A stretch of 64,000 nt of DNA from an uncultured Eubacteriales bacterium (GCA_948607205.1 CAPERS010000006.1:1799-65798); one strand, 5' to 3'. Positions 8,744 through 18,590 are shown, numbered from the stretch's first letter. A program made the numbers and translations. The notes: generated from the sequence alone by a model not told the origin.

Positions 8744-9514
8744 GTGAGTTTTGCAACTATAACCATACTTGGAATTTTGTTTATATTCGTTATGACAACT
8801 CTTGGCTCGGCAGTTGTGTTTTTATTTAAAAAAGATGTAAGCGACAGATGCAATTGTTTGTTTTTTGGCTTTGCATCAGGGCTTATGATTGCTGCGTCCA
8901 TTTGGTCTTTGATTTTGCCTGCTATTGATGGCAGTGAGAGTTTTGGAAAATGGGCTTTCATGCCAGCACTTGTCGGCATAATCCTTGGCGGTGGATTTTT
9001 GGTGCTTATTGATAAAACTTTGGCGGTGATTAACAAGAAAAAAGAACCCTATCTGTCAAAGCACTCAAAGATATTTTTGGCAGTGACACTTCACAATCTG
9101 CCAGAAGGCTTGGCGGTGGGACTTTCATTTGGCAGTGCTTTTGTGATTGGCACGCAGTCGGCACTTATGGGCGCACTTGGTCTTGCGATTGGCATTGGCG
9201 TGCAAAATTTTCCAGAAGGTGCGGGGATAAGTTTGCCAATGCTCAGAAAAACAGGCAACAAGTGGAAATCATTTTTGTTTGGTATGCTCAGCGGTGTTGT
9301 TGAGCCAGTTATGGCAGTTCTTGGATTTTTCCTTTCAACAAGTTTAACTTCGCTTATGCCTTGGTTTTTGTCTTTTTCGGCAGGAGCAATGTTGTTCGTT
9401 GTTGCCGAGGAATTGATTCCCGAAGCAAAACTTTCAGACAAGTCAAGCATTGGCGCATGGGGATTTTTGATAGGATTTGTGATTATGATGGCTCTTGATG
9501 TTGCACTTGGATGA
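8744..9514 (+). CDS. zupT: ZIP-family metal (zinc) transporter, ZupT-like
   Basis: 256 aa, polytopic, HNLPEGLAVG and QNFPEGAG motifs. GTG start with an AAGGAGA SD. Confidence 0.75.
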   Translation: MSFATITILGILFIFVMTTLGSAVVFLFKKDVSDRCNCLFFGFASGLMIAASIWSLILPAIDGSESFGKWAFMPALVGIILGGGFLVLIDKTLAVINKKKEPYLSKHSKIFLAVTLHNLPEGLAVGLSFGSAFVIGTQSALMGALGLAIGIGVQNFPEGAGISLPMLRKTGNKWKSFLFGMLSGVVEPVMAVLGFFLSTSLTSLMPWFLSFSAGAMLFVVAEELIPEAKLSDKSSIGAWGFLIGFVIMMALDVALG

Positions 9515-9547
9515 TGTTTTGTGCTACAATAGGCTAAGGAGAAACCT

Positions 9548-11749
9548 ATGCAAAAAAGTTCAAGTGAAAATTGGAAGGAAAAGTTAGAGATTCTTGCGCC
9601 TGCTGGCAACAAAGAAAGTTTTTTTGTTGCTCTTTCTGCTGGTGCTGACGCAATTTATCTTGGCGTTAATGATTTCAATGCACGTGGCAACATTGAAAAT
9701 ATTTCACTTGAAAATTTGGCAGAACTTGTTAGGAAAGCCCATCTTTTTGGCGTTAAAGTCTATTTAACACTCAACACACTTATTCATGACAGCGAAATTG
9801 AAAATGTTTTGGCAGTTGTTCGTCAAGCCATAAGCGCTAAGGTCGATGCGTTCATAGTTCAAGATATCGGTCTTGCATATCTGCTTAGGCAAAAGTTTGA
9901 GAAAATTGAACTTCACGCAAGCACACAAATGGGTATTGAAAATCTTGAAGGTGCGTCATTTTTGAGTCCTATTGGATTCAAGCGAATTGTGCTTGCAAGA
10001 GAAACTCCGCTTGCAGAAATTTCCAGAATAAAAAAAGAACTTGGAATTGATATTGAATATTTCGTTCAAGGCGCGCTTTGCGTTGGCTATTCAGGCAATT
10101 GCTATCTTTGTTCTCTTCTTGCGTCAGCAAGTGGCAACAGAGGCAAGTGCAAACAGTTTTGTCGTTTGCCATATCAGGCTAAAATGGGCAATATAGAAAA
10201 ACAGGGCTATCTTCTCAGCACTAAAGATTTTTGCATGTTGCCAAAACTTAAAGAACTTGTTCAAAGTGGTGTGACAAGTTTGAAGATTGAAGGAAGAGCG
10301 CGAAGACCTGCCTATGTCGGACAAGTCGTTACGACATATCGTAAAGCCATTGACAACAATTTTCACTTTGACCAAGAAGATTTAAATGACCTCAAAAAAG
10401 TTTTCAATAGAGGTGATTATACAGCAGGCTATTTTGAAAACACTTCAATCATATATCCTAAAACGCAAAATCATATTGGTCTTGAGATTGGAAAGGTTTT
10501 TGAAGTTAAAAACGGCAATCGTTTCAACGAGGTCACTCTAAAAATTTCGCATGAACTTATAAAAGGTGACAGCCTGAAGTTTTTTGTTAATGAAAAAGAA
10601 GTTGCCTCAGTTTCAGTTCAAGACGTCAAAAAAGTTGGCAGTGACAAATTTATCTTCACAACTACGGCAAAAATTCCAAACAATGCAAAAGTAAGTTTGA
10701 TTTCAAGTAAGGCGCAAGAAAATCAAATCTTTTCGATGAAAAGGCAGATAAAAGTCAATGGCACACTTTTTTGCCGAGTTGGAAAGAGGGCAAAGTTGAC
10801 CTTGAACTATGGTGATGTTTTTGCTGTTGGCGAAAGTGAAAGCTTGCTTGAGGCAAGCAAGAACAGCCCGCTAATAAAAGAGGAGTGTTTTTCTCAAATT
10901 TGCAAATTGGGAGAAAATTTTGTTCTTGCAAATCTTGAAGTTGAACTTGATGATGTGTTTATGAGAAAGGCAGAACTTAACGAACTCAGGCGAAAGACAA
11001 TTGCACTTTTGGAAGAAAAAATAATTGCAAAATATATTGAAATACACAAACTAAATGAAATAACTGAAAAAAACTTTGTTTTTTCATCAAAAAGAGAGGA
11101 AAATAAAGAAAAAATCATCTCTGTTGATAATTTTGATAAACTGAAAAAAATATGTCAAAGTGATAAAAATTCACTCATTGTTTACAGCCCAAAAGTTTTC
11201 AATAAAGATGAAATTGTAAGTTTTGCAAACAGCCAAAAACGAATGGTTTATCTCGACCTTCCAGTCATTGCAACTCATGAAGATGTGGAACTTTATAGGG
11301 AAATAATCAGTTTAAGTTCATTTATTGGCGTGCTTGCGAACAATTATTATGCTCTCACATTGACAGATAAAGAAAAGACGATTGTTGGAAGCGAAATGAA
11401 TGTTTTCAATTCTCTTTCTGTTGAGTTTTATAAAAAACAAGGGTTTGATAAAATTGTTCTTTCAAAAGAAAGCGTTGACGTTGAAAATATCGTGGGAGAA
11501 GGCGTTAAACTTTTTGTTCCAACTTCGGTAAGACATAAACTTATCTATTTTAAACACTGTCCAATCAAAGAGCATTTTGGTGGCAATTGTGCAAATTGCA
11601 AATATAAAGAGGGTGTTAAATATCTTCTCAAAGGTCAAGGTTCATTCACTCTTGAACGTGTCAAATCACGAACTTGCCAGTTCTTTTTGAGAAATGAGAA
11701 ATTGACAACAAAAGAAAGTTTTGGCTTTGGCGAATTTGTTGAAGAATAA
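9548..11749 (+). CDS. U32-family peptidase (long form with C-terminal extension)
   Basis: N-terminal LEILAPAGNKESFFVALSAGADAIYLG, and E..ELHASTQM, GALC..SGNCYLCS motifs typical of U32. AAGGAGA SD. Confidence 0.85.
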   Translation: MQKSSSENWKEKLEILAPAGNKESFFVALSAGADAIYLGVNDFNARGNIENISLENLAELVRKAHLFGVKVYLTLNTLIHDSEIENVLAVVRQAISAKVDAFIVQDIGLAYLLRQKFEKIELHASTQMGIENLEGASFLSPIGFKRIVLARETPLAEISRIKKELGIDIEYFVQGALCVGYSGNCYLCSLLASASGNRGKCKQFCRLPYQAKMGNIEKQGYLLSTKDFCMLPKLKELVQSGVTSLKIEGRARRPAYVGQVVTTYRKAIDNNFHFDQEDLNDLKKVFNRGDYTAGYFENTSIIYPKTQNHIGLEIGKVFEVKNGNRFNEVTLKISHELIKGDSLKFFVNEKEVASVSVQDVKKVGSDKFIFTTTAKIPNNAKVSLISSKAQENQIFSMKRQIKVNGTLFCRVGKRAKLTLNYGDVFAVGESESLLEASKNSPLIKEECFSQICKLGENFVLANLEVELDDVFMRKAELNELRRKTIALLEEKIIAKYIEIHKLNEITEKNFVFSSKREENKEKIISVDNFDKLKKICQSDKNSLIVYSPKVFNKDEIVSFANSQKRMVYLDLPVIATHEDVELYREIISLSSFIGVLANNYYALTLTDKEKTIVGSEMNVFNSLSVEFYKKQGFDKIVLSKESVDVENIVGEGVKLFVPTSVRHKLIYFKHCPIKEHFGGNCANCKYKEGVKYLLKGQGSFTLERVKSRTCQFFLRNEKLTTKESFGFGEFVEE

Positions 11750-11787
11750 TTCTTCACGCTAGTGAAAGTTATGTCATATATACTAAC

Positions 11788-12822
11788 ATGCTTTCAAAAA
11801 TAGTTTTAGATAGTCAAAATTTATCACATAATATTTCCTACCTTCTCGAGCAAGCAGAAGGAAGAGAGGTCTGCCTTATGATTAAGGCTGACGCCTATGG
11901 TCATGGCATGGAAGAAATTATTGCTCTTGTTGACGGAAAAATCACAACTTTTGGTGTTTCCAATTTGCAAGAGGCTTTGCGCGCAAGAGAATATACCTCA
12001 CATAAAGTTATCATATTTGGCGACTGTGAAGACCCACTTCTTTGCATGATGAACAATATTTCAATGTCACTTTTGTCGGTTGACCAGTTGAAAAAGATTT
12101 TGAAAATTGCAAAGAAGGAAAATTTGAAACCAAAACTTCACTTGAACGTCAATACAGGTATGAACAGGTTTGGAATTCAAAGCAAGAAAGATTTAAAGAA
12201 AATAATCGAACTGTGCGTCAAAAATAATATTGAACTTGAAGGTATTTTCACACATTTTTCATCTTTGACAACTGATGAGGAATATTCCCAAATGCAAGAA
12301 AACAAGTTTGCACAGTTTGCTGACATGTTGCCACAAGAGTGGAACACGATTGTGCATGTTGGTGGCGGAAACAGCCTTTTTGAAAACCTTGATTGTGATA
12401 TGATTCGCGTCGGTCTTCTTGCTTATGGCTATGGAAACGAGCACGTTTTACCTGTCATGAAAATAAAGTCAAAAGTCAGCGACCTTCAACTTGTTCATAA
12501 AGGTGAACATGTTGGTTATCTTTGCGGTTTTACTGCAGAAGAAGATATGATTGTTGCAACCATACCTCTTGGTTATGCCGACGGCTTGCCACGAAAACTT
12601 TCCAACATTTTGAAAGTGAAAATCAGAGGCAGGTTTTGCCAAAGCACTGGCAACATTTGCATGGATTCATTCATGGTCGATGTTTCAAATGTCAACGTCA
12701 AAGTTGGCGACGAAGTGGAAATTTTAAACAACGCCAATGACATATCAGAAATTCTTGGCACAACTGCCTATGAAGTTTGCACCAATTTTATTAAACTTAG
12801 GGGAGAAAGAATAATCAAGTGA
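11788..12822 (+). CDS. alr: alanine racemase
   Basis: PLP-lysine motif MIKADAYGHG, LHLNVNTGMNRFG, C-terminal YEVCTN. No SD seen upstream of the ATG. Confidence 0.88.
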   Translation: MLSKIVLDSQNLSHNISYLLEQAEGREVCLMIKADAYGHGMEEIIALVDGKITTFGVSNLQEALRAREYTSHKVIIFGDCEDPLLCMMNNISMSLLSVDQLKKILKIAKKENLKPKLHLNVNTGMNRFGIQSKKDLKKIIELCVKNNIELEGIFTHFSSLTTDEEYSQMQENKFAQFADMLPQEWNTIVHVGGGNSLFENLDCDMIRVGLLAYGYGNEHVLPVMKIKSKVSDLQLVHKGEHVGYLCGFTAEEDMIVATIPLGYADGLPRKLSNILKVKIRGRFCQSTGNICMDSFMVDVSNVNVKVGDEVEILNNANDISEILGTTAYEVCTNFIKLRGERIIK

Positions 12823-12876
12823 TTTTGCTTGATTATTTTTTTTGTTTTGTTTATAATATTTTTAAAGAGGTGAACT

Positions 12877-13410
12877 ATGACAGAAAATAAACGAAACATT
12901 TGGTTCTATGTTAGCGGTGTTATAAGCGCAATTATGGCAGGTTTATCATATTTCGGAACAATTTTATCTATCATTTTAGCCATCATTCTTTATTCAACAG
13001 GAGGGCTTGAAGAAATTATTGGCAAACTTCCTGAAGAATCTCAAGTGCCAGTTTCTGTTATAACTTTTGTGACAATTATTTTGATTATCACTTGTCTTGT
13101 TGTTGCAATCGTTAACACCATTTGCGCAAAAAAGTGTTTTGATTTTGCGAAACTTGAAAAAGATGAACTCCTCAAAGAAAAATCAAAACTTATCACTGTT
13201 ATTGTTTTGCAGTTTATCTTGGGTTCAGTGATAACAGGCGTGTTCTCTTTGGTTGGCTTTTTGTCTGTCACCGAAACGTTAACTGCACCACGCGTAGAAA
13301 ACAATTCAATTGAACAGAAACTCACAAACGCAAAAAATTTATATGAAAATGGTGCAATAACTGAAGAAGAATATAAAGCGCTCAGAGAAGAAATTCTTAA
13401 ATCTTTATAA
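12877..13410 (+). CDS. membrane protein with C-terminal SHOCT domain
   Basis: Four hydrophobic segments, then LYENGAITEEEYKALREEIL (SHOCT-like). AGAGGTG SD. Confidence 0.6.
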   Translation: MTENKRNIWFYVSGVISAIMAGLSYFGTILSIILAIILYSTGGLEEIIGKLPEESQVPVSVITFVTIILIITCLVVAIVNTICAKKCFDFAKLEKDELLKEKSKLITVIVLQFILGSVITGVFSLVGFLSVTETLTAPRVENNSIEQKLTNAKNLYENGAITEEEYKALREEILKSL

Positions 13411-13485
13411 ATTCAAAAATTGAATTGAAAAATTGAAATTTTTAATTTTAAAATATAATAAACATATTTAATAATCATTAAAATT

Positions 13486-13517
13486 AATCCAAATAAATCT
13501 TTTGTTTGGATTTTTTT
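13486..13517 (+). terminator. Rho-independent terminator
   Basis: AATCCAAA ... TTTGGATT stem followed by T7. Confidence 0.6.
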
Positions 13518-13551
13518 ATTTATTATAAAATCATTCGAATATTAAATATAA

Positions 13552-14595
13552 TCTCTTTCACTTGGTAAATACTCAAAAATTGAGTATAATAAGACTATAT
13601 GTTCTTCAACATGGAAACTAAATCATTTTTATGATAATGTTTTTGATGGGCAAGGATTCGTCATCTCTGGCTTAAAAATTGGTGATTTTTATGAATATGC
13701 CGGGTTGTTTGGTGGAATAAGTCATAACGCTATTGTTGAAAATTTGATTCTAGATAATGTCAAAATCGTAAATTCTCAAAAAAATGGAGAAGTTGGAGCA
13801 ATTGCTGGTAATGTGTCATATGAGAGCGTGGTTCGAAATTGTGAAGTTCGTTCTGGAACTGTTAAAAGCAAAAATGCCGGCGGTGTTGTTGGCACTGTAA
13901 ATTTAAGTGGCAAAGTTTACAATTGTGTAAACATGGCAGAAGTTAATGGCACTAATGCTGGAGGAATTTTTTATTCATTAGCACTTTCTGTAAATTATAC
14001 AGATTCACTGGTTTATGGTTGTTTCAACTATGGGAAAGTTCAAGGGACAAGAAATTGTGGTGGAATTGGAGCAGAACTAAATCTCAACACAATCCTTAAA
14101 AACTGCGTTAACTATGGTGATGTTGTGTGTGGCTCTACTGTTGGTGGCATTATTGGTTATACCTATGGCAATGCAAGCATAACATCTTGTGCTAACTATG
14201 GTTCATTAACAGATTCCATTGGAGGCAGGATAGGTGGAATTCTTGGCAGTTGCAGTTCTTCAAATGATGTGATTACAATTATGTATTGCTCATCAGTTGG
14301 ACTATGGAGCGGTTTCACAAGCGGAACTAACTATATATATGGCGGAACTGCAAATGGTTTGATTTCAGGGTGCTATGTTAAAGCAATCCTTGAAAGTAGT
14401 GTTGGAAGTGGTGCTTTGGTTATGTATAAATATGCATATGGCACAGCTGAAGATTTTAATAAAGGATTTCGATTTGTATCCGGCATGAACAACAACCTGC
14501 CAATGCAAGTTGATTTGTTCGAATACGCTAAACAAATTCCAATACAGAGTGATGTGCTTTTAACTGGGCTTGCCGGATTTCAACTTGTTGGATGA
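13552..14595 (+). pseudogene. 5'-truncated paralog of the GLUG-repeat surface protein (possible silent cassette or pseudogene)
   Basis: Homology to 5154-8558 (FDGQGFVISGL vs FDGNNFTISNV) starts in frame at about 13620, upstream of the only candidate start (TTG 13705, no SD). No in-frame ATG, no signal peptide. The last ~50 aa and the terminator are about 85% identical to 8400-8585. Confidence 0.5.
13562..13590 (+). promoter_or_regulatory. second copy of the palindrome-bearing promoter (TACTCAA-AAA-TTGAGTA)
   Basis: TTGGTA (13562-13567), 17-bp spacer, TATAAT (13585-13590). The palindrome at 13570-13586 is the exact reverse complement of 4984-5000. Confidence 0.55.
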
Positions 14596-14623
14596 AAAAA
14601 GACAGATTATCTGTCTTTTTTTT
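14595..14623. terminator. bidirectional Rho-independent terminator
   Basis: A6-GACAGAT-t-ATCTGTC-T9, between convergent genes. Confidence 0.8.
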
Positions 14624-14665
14624 GTATGCAATAATAATTTAAATCACATGTAAGTTTTTCAATTT

Positions 14666-15328
14666 TTATTTTTGAATAAGTTTTTTTTCAAATGTCTGTT
14701 TGATTTCTTGCTGTATCTCTTCAATGCTTTTTCTGGCATCGATTATGTGAAAGCGTTCACTTTCAAGATTTGCGATGTAGTCATAGCCATCACAAACTTT
14801 TTGATGAAAGTCAATTTCAGCCATCTCTTCCATTTCCATTCGGTCAAGTTCTTGTCCTGCATTGTTGAGCATTTTTAGTTTTCGCGCACGCGCATCTTCT
14901 GCGCCGAGTTTGAGATAGAAGGTAAGGTCAGGGGTGATATTTCCTAAAATTGACCTGTTGAGATTTAATATTTCTTCTGGCGACATAATTCCTCTTGCCA
15001 TGCCTTGATATGCTATTGTTGAGTCATAAAAACGGTCAGCGATGACAATTTTTCCTTCTTTCAAAGCAGGAACAATCACTTTTTCACATATTTGAGCGCG
15101 TGAGGCAAGAAAAAGCATAAGTTCAGCTTTTGGAACTGGTGCATCAAGTGTATAGTTCAACACAAGTTTTCTTATTTCTTCGCCAAGAACAGTTCCGCCT
15201 GGTTCGCGAATGAAAATAAATTTATCTTTTAAAGGATGAAGATTTGCATATTCTTTAAAAAGTTTAACCTGTGTGGATTTTCCGCAAGCATCTCCGCCTT
15301 CAAAAGTGATAAAAAGCCCCTTATTCAT
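14666..15328 (-). CDS. tmk: thymidylate (dTMP) kinase
   Basis: FITFEGGDACGKSTQ P-loop, REPGGT, DRFYDST motifs. GGAGAA SD. Confidence 0.92.
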   Translation of the reverse strand: MNKGLFITFEGGDACGKSTQVKLFKEYANLHPLKDKFIFIREPGGTVLGEEIRKLVLNYTLDAPVPKAELMLFLASRAQICEKVIVPALKEGKIVIADRFYDSTIAYQGMARGIMSPEEILNLNRSILGNITPDLTFYLKLGAEDARARKLKMLNNAGQELDRMEMEEMAEIDFHQKVCDGYDYIANLESERFHIIDARKSIEEIQQEIKQTFEKKLIQK

Positions 15329-15395
15329 TTGTGTTCTCCTTTAAAAATATTATATATAATTCAAAATTTTAAGTCAATGAAAGTTCAATCTTAGG

Positions 15396-15420
15396 CCAAA
15401 AAAAAGGCTTAAAGCCTTTC
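15396..15420 (-). terminator. Rho-independent terminator
   Basis: Minus strand: AAAGGC-tttaa-GCCTTT followed by T run. Confidence 0.7.
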
Positions 15421-15440
15421 TTGGTTGTCAATTTAAGATT

Positions 15441-16586
15441 TTAGTGTTTGCAATCTCCATTGCATGAGCCGTGACAGTCATCATGGCAATCTTCACAATC
15501 GCAACATCCAACTTCTTCGATATATTTGTGAAGTGGTTGAGATTTATAGAAGTTCTCAGGCATATATTCAGTTGTTGTGTAGCCAGCAGGTGCGCAGAGA
15601 AGTTCAGGTATGCGGTTGATAACTGTTGCGCAGGTGAGTTCAACTGTTGCAGGGCGTTCAATCACCACGCGTGTGTTTGGCTCGCCTTCAATTGTCCAGT
15701 CGTTGCAGTCAAAGTCATTTTTGCCATAAACTTTGCCAATGCATTCAGCGATGATTGTGATGCCTTCCTTTGTTTCGGTGGTCACAACAGCGCTCATGCC
15801 TGTGCATTGACCTTTCTTGATTGTCATGCCAAGTGTTGTTGACTCAATGTCTTCGCTTGCAATTTGAGGCACGCATTTTTGAGTTTGACGTTTAACAGTC
15901 AGTCCAAGTTTTGAGCAAAGCCAGCCGTTGACATTCCACATATAACTTGGTGCAAATTTGCCGGCGTTGATAAGTTTCTTTCTCTCTTCATCGCTTATGT
16001 CGTCAGCTGATGCAATTTCTTTTGCAAATGCTTGTTTTGTAAGTCCTGCACCATGAACCTTGGCAAGAGAAATGCCGTAGTCCTCAACATTGTAGCTTGA
16101 CTTTCCGCGAATGGTTGTTATCTTGTGAGTTGCTCCAGCAAGCACGCTGATAAGGTTGCCCCAGAAAACATCTTGATAACCGCTTCCGCAAATTGTGCAT
16201 CCGCTTTCCTTTGCAAGCTTGTCAATCTTTTTTGTAACCTTTGGGTTTGAGTTTTGTGGGTAGAAAGCCTCTTCGCAAGTGGTGATGGCGTTCACTCCAT
16301 ATTTAGCGCAAATTTCCATTGCAGGTGCGTTTTCAGAAATAAGGCTGGTTGTTGTGATGATAGCAACGTCAACATCATTTTCTTTCAAAAATGCCTCAAG
16401 TTCGCTTGCATTTTGAATTTTGACATTTTGCTTTTTTCCTCCCATAACAACAGAAATGTCCTTGCCGATGATGTCAGGGTTGATGTCAAAAGCTCCAACA
16501 ATCTTAATTCCTTTTTCGAGTGCATATCTCATTGTGTAGGCACTCATTTTTCCGCATCCGTATTGGATCATTGTGATTTTGTTCAT
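15441..16586 (-). CDS. NAD(P)-dependent amine dehydrogenase / DapB-N-like oxidoreductase with Cys/His/Asp-rich C-terminal tail
   Basis: N-terminal Rossmann-like MIQYGCGKMS. Overall resemblance to the 2,4-diaminopentanoate dehydrogenase family. The tail is GCCDCEDCHDDCHGSCNGDCKH. GGAGGA SD. Confidence 0.55.
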   Translation of the reverse strand: MNKITMIQYGCGKMSAYTMRYALEKGIKIVGAFDINPDIIGKDISVVMGGKKQNVKIQNASELEAFLKENDVDVAIITTTSLISENAPAMEICAKYGVNAITTCEEAFYPQNSNPKVTKKIDKLAKESGCTICGSGYQDVFWGNLISVLAGATHKITTIRGKSSYNVEDYGISLAKVHGAGLTKQAFAKEIASADDISDEERKKLINAGKFAPSYMWNVNGWLCSKLGLTVKRQTQKCVPQIASEDIESTTLGMTIKKGQCTGMSAVVTTETKEGITIIAECIGKVYGKNDFDCNDWTIEGEPNTRVVIERPATVELTCATVINRIPELLCAPAGYTTTEYMPENFYKSQPLHKYIEEVGCCDCEDCHDDCHGSCNGDCKH

Positions 16587-16740
16587 TTAATTCCTCCTAT
16601 AAGACATTATATAACTTTTGCCAGAATTTGTAAAATAAATTTGCAGATATTAAAGATTTAGCGGGTTTTTTACTGAAAATTAGCAGTATTTCATAAAAAC
16701 AGCTTAAATTTAATGAAAATAAAAATGTTTTTTGAATATA

Positions 16741-18555
16741 TTATTTTTTGCCGTTAAAATGTTCGTGAATTTTTACAGCGAGTGAAAAAGGTATCTCTTT
16801 GACAGAAGCAAGTTCATCAATGCTTGCTTTTGCAATTTCATCACTTGTTCCAAAAGCTTTGAGGAGAGCATCCCGTTTCTTTGGCCCAACGCCAGAGATT
16901 GAATCAAGTTCACTTTCTGTCTGCTTTTTGGTGCGAATTTGTCTGTGAAATGTTATTGCAAAGCGGTGGGCTTCATCTCGAATGCGCTGAAGAAGACGCA
17001 GTTCCGCACTGCCAGGTTTTAAGAGTATTGGAGTGCTGTTTTCTGGCTTAAAGACCTCTTCAATACGCTTTGCAAGGCTGACCATTTCAATGCCTTCCAC
17101 TCCTGAATTTTGCAAGATTTCATATGTCGATGAAAGTTGACCTTTTCCGCCGTCGATAATAATAAGGTCAGGCTTTTCTTTGAATGACTCTCCATCTTCA
17201 TTTTTGAGCCGTTTAAGCCTGCGAGTCAATGCTTCGGCAAGGGATGCAAAGTCGTTTGAGCCTTTCACCGTTTTGATTTTAAATTTGCGATATTCCTTTT
17301 TTGCTGGCTCTCCACCGATAAACACAACCATTGAGCAGACTTTGTTTGTTCCGCTTATGTTGGAAATGTCATAACATTCCATTCGCATAGGCAGGTTTTT
17401 AAGCCCAAGTTTTTCTTTCAAAACTTTAAGTGCGCCAAGGGTATTGTTGTATTTTAATTTTTCTTTTTCAATATGCTTTTCAAGATATTCGCGTGCGTTG
17501 TCTTTTGCCATTTCAAGCAGAGTCTTGTTGACACCTTTTGGATTTGAAATTATGCTTGCCTTTTTGCCAAGATATTCAAATAAAAGTTCTTGGTCTGGTA
17601 TTGCGTGACTGAGAATAAGTTCATGAGGCAAAATCATATTGCCATAGTATTGCACAAGAAAGTTGAAAAGCGTTTGGCTTTCTTCAAGTTCGCCGTCCGA
17701 GCAAGGATAGTTCATCACGCCAAGAATTTTTCCGCCACGCACCACCATGGCTGTGATAACGCCAGATAGCCCATCTGTTTGATAAGCAAAAACATCTTTA
17801 TTAACATTTTTTGGCAGATTGGCAACAATGCGTTGTTTGAGTTTTGAAATCATTTTCAGTCTGTCGCGAAGCAGAATGGCGTGTTCAAAGTTTTCATTGT
17901 TTGAGGCTTTTTCCATTTTATTTTGAAGTATTTCTTCAATTTCTTCATCGTTACCGTTAAGAAAGTTGATAACCTTGTCAATCTCTTTGCGATAATCAGC
18001 CACATCAATCCTCTTTGTGCAAGGCGCAGAGCAAAGTCCGAGCGAGAAATTAAGGCACTCTCTCTTTGCAACAGAGGTTGATGAAATTTTGTTGTTGCAA
18101 GTGCGAATTTTGAAGGCAGTGTTGACGGTTTTGACAATCTCTCTTGCGTCAAGACCAGCAAAGTAAGGTCCAAAATATTTCGCTCCATCATTTTTAACCT
18201 TTCTCACAATTTCAAGTTTAGGGAAAGGGTCTTTGAGGTTTATTTTGATGTAGGGGAACTGCTTGCCGTCTTTCAACAAAATATTATAAAAAGGTTGGTA
18301 TTTTTTGATAAGATTGCTTTCAAGCGCAAGAGCGTCCATTTCAGACATTGTGATAAAATATTCAAAGTCATCAACGCTGTTGACCATTGCTTGCACTTTG
18401 CTTGGTTTTGGTGAGTTGCGGAAGTATTGACTTACGCGGTTTTTAAGGTTCTTAGCCTTGCCAACATATATGACAATGCCGTCCTTGTCACGCATAACAT
18501 AGACGCCACTGCGGGTTGTTAAAACTTTCAGTTTGTCACGAATTCGCTCATTCAT
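16741..18555 (-). CDS. uvrC: excinuclease ABC subunit C
   Basis: GIY-YIG (GVYVMRDKDGIVIYVGKAKNLKNRVSQY), UVR domain, RNase H-like endonuclease domain, C-terminal HhH. Confidence 0.95.
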   Translation of the reverse strand: MNERIRDKLKVLTTRSGVYVMRDKDGIVIYVGKAKNLKNRVSQYFRNSPKPSKVQAMVNSVDDFEYFITMSEMDALALESNLIKKYQPFYNILLKDGKQFPYIKINLKDPFPKLEIVRKVKNDGAKYFGPYFAGLDAREIVKTVNTAFKIRTCNNKISSTSVAKRECLNFSLGLCSAPCTKRIDVADYRKEIDKVINFLNGNDEEIEEILQNKMEKASNNENFEHAILLRDRLKMISKLKQRIVANLPKNVNKDVFAYQTDGLSGVITAMVVRGGKILGVMNYPCSDGELEESQTLFNFLVQYYGNMILPHELILSHAIPDQELLFEYLGKKASIISNPKGVNKTLLEMAKDNAREYLEKHIEKEKLKYNNTLGALKVLKEKLGLKNLPMRMECYDISNISGTNKVCSMVVFIGGEPAKKEYRKFKIKTVKGSNDFASLAEALTRRLKRLKNEDGESFKEKPDLIIIDGGKGQLSSTYEILQNSGVEGIEMVSLAKRIEEVFKPENSTPILLKPGSAELRLLQRIRDEAHRFAITFHRQIRTKKQTESELDSISGVGPKKRDALLKAFGTSDEIAKASIDELASVKEIPFSLAVKIHEHFNGKK

Positions 18556-18561
18556 AGCCTA

Positions 18562-18590
18562 ATTATACCCCAAAACGACCAAAATTCCAA
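18562..18590 (-). promoter_or_regulatory. uvrC promoter abutting the ATG (leaderless candidate)
   Basis: Minus strand: TTGGAA, 17-bp spacer, TATAAT, then TAGGCT, then ATG (18555). No SD. Confidence 0.55.

Noticed and set aside
9091-9612. Long antisense or out-of-frame ORFs in the track, for example 9091-9612 (-), 25015-25602 (-), 45765-46478 (+), 49393-50001 (-), 7212-7595 (-), 21688-22083 (+) and 15471-15842 (+).
   Set aside because: Each lies entirely inside a longer ORF on the other strand or frame that has clear family motifs or strong start signals. They have low-complexity F/L/S/K-rich translations typical of shadow ORFs in AT-rich DNA, and no SD.
11771-11790. alr as another leaderless gene (TATACT at 11779-11784, ATG at 11788, no SD).
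   Set aside because: There are only 3 nt between the -10 and the ATG, and no acceptable -35 at 16-18 bp. Read-through from the U32 peptidase gene with weak or unconventional initiation is more likely.
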